Part shown: piece after piece, positions 60,031 through 64,000 of the stretch
Position numbering within the stretch: position 1 is the first letter of the stretch
How the letters are laid out: each line of letters begins with the position of its first letter
DNA from: an uncultured delta proteobacterium
Lineage (GTDB): Bacteria > Myxococcota_A > Polyangia > Fen-1088
Direction of reading: 5' to 3'
Assembly (NCBI GenBank): GCA_963767925.1
Contig: CAVYGB010000002.1
Coordinates: forward strand, 800,001-864,000
Length of the DNA: 64,000 nt
Notes under the pieces: model-generated
What the model saw: the letters and a program-made list of their open reading frames with translations, nothing else
Database searches by the model: none
Told to the model about the DNA's origin: nothing
Translations under genes and position numbers: made by a program

Positions 60031-61896
60031 ATGCGCACCATCCGCCCTGCCCTGGCCAGGCTTCTCTGTCTCGCGACCGCCGCGATCCTCGGCGTGGCGG
60101 CGTCGCCTGGCAACAGCGTCGCGCAGGAGGCGGGCAAGCTCGAGCTCACGCTCGGGCACGCCCCCTCGCACTTCCTGCCGGGCATGGTGGCCGCCTACCT
60201 CACGGTCGCGGTGCGGAACCCCGGGACCGGCGCGACGAGCGGCGCGGTCACGGTGGACACCACTGTCCCCGCCGGCCTGACGGCGACGGCCGCCGGCGGC
60301 CCGGGCTGGACCTGCACGGCGGCCGCCACCACGGCCTGCACGCGGAGCGACCGGCTCGACCCGGGAGCCAGCTACCCGCTGATCAAGATCGTCGTGGACG
60401 TCGCCGCCGAGGCCCCGGCCCAGATTGTCAGCCGGGCCAGCGTGGGGTCGGGCCCGGCCCAGGTCGCCGCCACCGACGCCATCCCGGCGCGCGACGCCTG
60501 CCCCTACGGGTGGTCGCCCGAGCAGACCGTGGCGTTCGCCCCGCCGTTCCGGCCGGGTCGCGCGGGCGGCAGCGACGCGGGCGTGCGCAACCCCGTTCAG
60601 CCCGACGGCTGCACCCTGCTCGACGCCATCTGGAGCGCCGAGCCGTTCGAGAGCCACGCGCGCTTCGTCGAGACGGTCGAGCGGGCCGCCGCCGACTTCG
60701 TGGGCAAGGGCCTCCTCACGGCGCCGCAGCAGCAGGCCATCGCCGCCGCCGCCCGGCGCTCGGCGGTGGGTCGCAAGGGTGTCCCGCAGGTGGACAACTC
60801 CTGCCCCAGCCGCATCGCCCTCAAGTTCGACGACGGGCCGTCCTCTTTCCGGCCCAGGCTGCTGCAGGTCCTGCGCGAAAAACAGGTCCACGCCACCTTC
60901 TTCGACAACGGCGTGCGGGTGGAGGCCAACCCGCAGGTTTCGCGCTTCCAGGTGCGCGAGGGCCACATCCAGCTCAGCCACACCTTCTCGCACGTGCACA
61001 TGGACGAGCTGCCCACCGAGGCCCTGCGCGAGGAGACCCTCCGCACCGAGGCCGCCCTGGCCGCCGCCGGCGCGCCGATGACCTTCAAGGGGATCCGGCC
61101 GCCCTTCGGCGGCACCAGCCCCGCCGTGCACCGCCTGATGCTCGAGCTGGGCTACACCGAGTTCCGCAGCGGGCTGCAGGTCGGAGCGCAGGACTGGCTG
61201 CCGGAGCGAACCGCCGAGGCCATCCGCGACGACATCCTCAAGCAGCTCCGCCCCGGCCTGATCATCGGCCTGCACGACGGCCCGATCGACACCCCCGCCG
61301 GCGCCGCCACCGTCGAGGCGGTGAGGCAGACCATCGATAAGGCCCGCGCGCTCGGCTACTGCTTCGGGGTTGTCGACGACACCGCCCACGTGGTCGCCGA
61401 CCGCTACGTCTCCTCCGGACAGGCCATCCCCCGCACCAGCAAGCCGGTGCCCTACCGCTTGCCGCTCGTCTCGGGCAGCGTCGATCGCCTGCCCCGCCCG
61501 TACGTGCGCGTCGCCTCGCCGATCCAGCTCGCCGCCAGCCACGCCCCCGCCACCTTCGTGCGCGGGCAGGTCGGCACCCTCACCCTCACCGTCCGCAACG
61601 AGAGCGACCGGCCGACCGACGGCGCCCCGGTGAACGTCGTCAACGCCATCCCCGCCGGCCTGATCGCGACGGGCGCCGCGGGCGACGGCTGGACCTGCTC
61701 CGCCGCCGGCGGGCAAACCTGCACCCGCAAGGACGTCCTCGCCCCCCGCGCCGCTTACCCCCCCATCATCATCAACCTGAAGGTCGCCGACGACGCCCCC
61801 AAGACGATCGTCAACGCCCCGGTCTTGACCGGCCACGGCAGCGCCTGGGCCGACGACACCACCGACCGCATCCCCACCATCGCCCCGGAGAGCTGA
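60031..61896 (+). CDS. Secreted polysaccharide deacetylase (CE4) flanked by DUF11-like Ig domains
   Basis: FDDGP, HTFSH, RPPFG and LHDG; two GWTC..CTR.D.L domains; GGAGG SD. Confidence 0.9.
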   Translation: MRTIRPALARLLCLATAAILGVAASPGNSVAQEAGKLELTLGHAPSHFLPGMVAAYLTVAVRNPGTGATSGAVTVDTTVPAGLTATAAGGPGWTCTAAATTACTRSDRLDPGASYPLIKIVVDVAAEAPAQIVSRASVGSGPAQVAATDAIPARDACPYGWSPEQTVAFAPPFRPGRAGGSDAGVRNPVQPDGCTLLDAIWSAEPFESHARFVETVERAAADFVGKGLLTAPQQQAIAAAARRSAVGRKGVPQVDNSCPSRIALKFDDGPSSFRPRLLQVLREKQVHATFFDNGVRVEANPQVSRFQVREGHIQLSHTFSHVHMDELPTEALREETLRTEAALAAAGAPMTFKGIRPPFGGTSPAVHRLMLELGYTEFRSGLQVGAQDWLPERTAEAIRDDILKQLRPGLIIGLHDGPIDTPAGAATVEAVRQTIDKARALGYCFGVVDDTAHVVADRYVSSGQAIPRTSKPVPYRLPLVSGSVDRLPRPYVRVASPIQLAASHAPATFVRGQVGTLTLTVRNESDRPTDGAPVNVVNAIPAGLIATGAAGDGWTCSAAGGQTCTRKDVLAPRAAYPPIIINLKVADDAPKTIVNAPVLTGHGSAWADDTTDRIPTIAPES

Positions 61897-62065
61897 GCCC
61901 GCGCCGCGGCCGCCCCGCGGAATCCCCGCGGGACCTTCGGCTTTGCCAGCTCCCCTACCGCGGTCCCGACCCCGACCGGCTGCCAAACGCCCCCGCCATG
62001 CTGTTCATGTCCGCCATCATCGCCGCCCAGTCCCCCGGCTCGATCCGAACGTCCAGCCGCACCAC

Positions 62066-62222
62066 CTCGATTGCGGCGAGGTCCGCGGCGTTGCCCGACA
62101 TTCACCGTGATCCCATCGATCGGGTGATCGTGGCGACGGCGATCGAACAGAGCGCCGAGCTCGTTTCCAAGGACGAACTGGTCGCGAGGTATCCCGGTCT
62201 GCAGGTCCGATGGGACCAGTAG
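62066..62222 (+). pseudogene. C-terminal fragment of a VapC/PIN toxin
   Basis: LPDIHRDPIDRVIVATAIE...LVSKD; the N-terminal LLDT motif is absent. Confidence 0.7.
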
Positions 62223-62234
62223 CACGTGTCGCGA

Positions 62235-62570
62235 TCAGGGGGGTGGGGCGGGGGGGAGGGGGGTGGTGAGCATGAGGGTGTTGCCTTCGGGGTCCGTGAC
62301 GTAAGCGAGGCGTTCGCCCCAGGGCTGATCCAGGGGGGGAACCAGGGGGGTGGTGCCGGCGGCTTGCAGGCGGGCGACGGTTGCGTCGACGTCGGGGACG
62401 TAGAGGCAAAGCTCGAAGCCGCGGCCGGCCTGGGGGACGCGCTGGTCCCGCGCCTCCAGGCCGGGGACCACGTCGTAGGTTCCGAGGCTCAGGCTGGCGC
62501 TGCCCCAGGTGAGGGTGACGAACGAGGGCTCTCCCTCCGGGGGAAAGCGCCGCTCGTGGCCTCCGCCAGA
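62235..62570 (-). pseudogene. 5'-truncated VOC/glyoxalase family gene
   Basis: RFPPEGEPSFV..ELCLYVPDVD..DQPWGERLAYVTDPEGN; in-frame stop upstream and first beta strand missing. Confidence 0.65.
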
Positions 62571-63013
62571 GCATACCCAAGCTCCGGTTCAGTCCGGCGT
62601 CAGGAAACGCCCTGCCCGTTTGCCGTGGGGAGAGGAGCGGGGACCCCGCCGGATCCGGCCATTCTCAGAAATCCGTGGGCGCACCGGGCACGGCGCGTTC
62701 GCGACGAGCGGTGGACGTACGCGCTATCATGGGGCGCCGGCGCGGGCGCTGCACCCGGCGCGGCGCTCACCTTTCGGGAGTGGGGCTTACGACCGCCTCC
62801 CAGACTGCGCGCGCGCGCTCGCGACGCCCGGCCCAACTGCTACCATTGAGGCACCAAGCAGGCCCCGCTCGGATGGAAAGGGCTCGTCGTCGAAGAGCCT
62901 CACCGCGCCTGGGCGTCTTCGATATCCCAGATGCGCGATCGACGGGCTACCAGGCACGGCCGCCAGGCCACGGACCGCTTGCCGGAGGCGAAACTCCCCC
63001 GGAGCGGCTGGCG

Positions 63014-63862
63014 ATGAGCGGCGCGGGACCGACTTACGGATCGGCGACCGACCTCGACCGCGTGCGCGCCTATTACGCCCGGACCGACGAGTGGGCGCGC
63101 CTCGCGTCGCCCTCCGGCGCCATCGAGCTCCGGCGGGCCTGCGCCCTGCTCGACGCCCACTTGCAGCCTGGCGCGCGGGTCCTCGACCTGGGCGGGGGAC
63201 CGGGGCGGTACGCCATCGAGCTCGCCCAGCGGGGCCACCGGGTGGTGCTGGCCGATCTCTCTCCGAACATGCTCGAGGAGGCGAGCCGGCGGCTCGCGGA
63301 GGCGGAGGTGATGGATCACATCGACTCGATCGACGAGGTCGATGGCCAGGACCTCACCCGCTACCCGGACGGCCGCTTCGATGCAGTGCTGGCCTTCGGC
63401 CCCTTTTATCACCTGCTGTCCGAGCACGAGCGGCGCGCGGCGGCCCGCGAGATCGGGCGGGTCCTCGAGCCGGGCGGGCTGGCGCTCGTCGCCTTCATCC
63501 CCCGGCTGAGCGGGATCGCCGGGCTGCTCGAGCGGGCGGCGAGCAACCCCGAGCAGGTGCCCCCGGGCACGCTGACCCGGGCCGCCGCCACCGGCGTGTT
63601 CCGCAACCCGTCGAGCCGCGGCTTCCAGGAGGGCTACTTCCCCACCCCGGACGAGCTCTCGAAGCTGTTCGAGTCGATCGGGTTCACGGTTGTCGAGATC
63701 GTCTCCCTCCGGTCGGTGGCCAATCGGCTCGAGCCGATCCTGGGCGGGATCCAGGGCTCGGTGCAGCCCGAGGTGGGCCGCGTCCTCGACGAGGTGGCCC
63801 GCGATCCGGCGGTTGTCGCCACCGGCGGGCACGCGGTCCTGGTCGCCCGAAAAATGTTGTGA
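63014..63862 (+). CDS. Class I SAM-dependent methyltransferase
   Basis: VLDLGGGPGRY, DLS and FDAVLAFGPFYHL. Confidence 0.9.
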   Translation: MSGAGPTYGSATDLDRVRAYYARTDEWARLASPSGAIELRRACALLDAHLQPGARVLDLGGGPGRYAIELAQRGHRVVLADLSPNMLEEASRRLAEAEVMDHIDSIDEVDGQDLTRYPDGRFDAVLAFGPFYHLLSEHERRAAAREIGRVLEPGGLALVAFIPRLSGIAGLLERAASNPEQVPPGTLTRAAATGVFRNPSSRGFQEGYFPTPDELSKLFESIGFTVVEIVSLRSVANRLEPILGGIQGSVQPEVGRVLDEVARDPAVVATGGHAVLVARKML

Positions 63863-63960
63863 CGTCCCGACCGGCGTCCGCCGCCGTACCGCCCGACCCT
63901 CCGAGATGGCCTGACCCGGCCAGGGCCACCCGGCCAGGCTTCGGCTAGGCTGAGCGCCGG

Positions 63961-64000
63961 ATGTCCAGAGCGACCCTCGTGCTGCTGCCCGGGATGGACG
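63961..64000 (+). CDS. Partial alpha/beta hydrolase (5' end)
   Basis: MSRATLVLLPGMD is a typical hydrolase N-terminus; runs off the window edge. Confidence 0.55.
   Translation, partial: MSRATLVLLPGMD

Overview
Very GC-rich bacterial DNA, most likely Myxococcota (inferred from Cys-rich lipoproteins, a TSP3-OmpA barrel, multiple ECF sigma factors and a PP2C phosphatase). Most of the window is ordinary chromosome: prmC, an MMPL export operon, rimI/engB/coaE, argG, exbB/exbD/tonB, truD, bamD and mpl. The notable parts are: (1) a ~2.5 kb quasi-palindrome centred on a REP-associated tyrosine (HUH/Y1) transposase, with mirrored arms and mirrored purine/pyrimidine microsatellites, plus a dispersed hairpin family that repeatedly sits next to local tandem amplifications; (2) an HflX-macrolide phosphotransferase locus that reads as a fusion broken by one extra base, preceded by an unannotated leader peptide MRAYLRLR and an attenuator-like structure; (3) a PilZ-PhcB-like methyltransferase coupled to a PhcS/PhcR-like double histidine kinase, a candidate methyl-ester quorum-sensing module; (4) an anti-sigma factor with a C-terminal CxxCH haem-c motif; (5) a eukaryote-like phytochelatin synthase; (6) an Mpl-GNAT fusion; and (7) several MITEs and IS remnants. 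No rRNA, tRNA or CRISPR array was seen. All family assignments come from recognising motifs by eye; no database searches were run.
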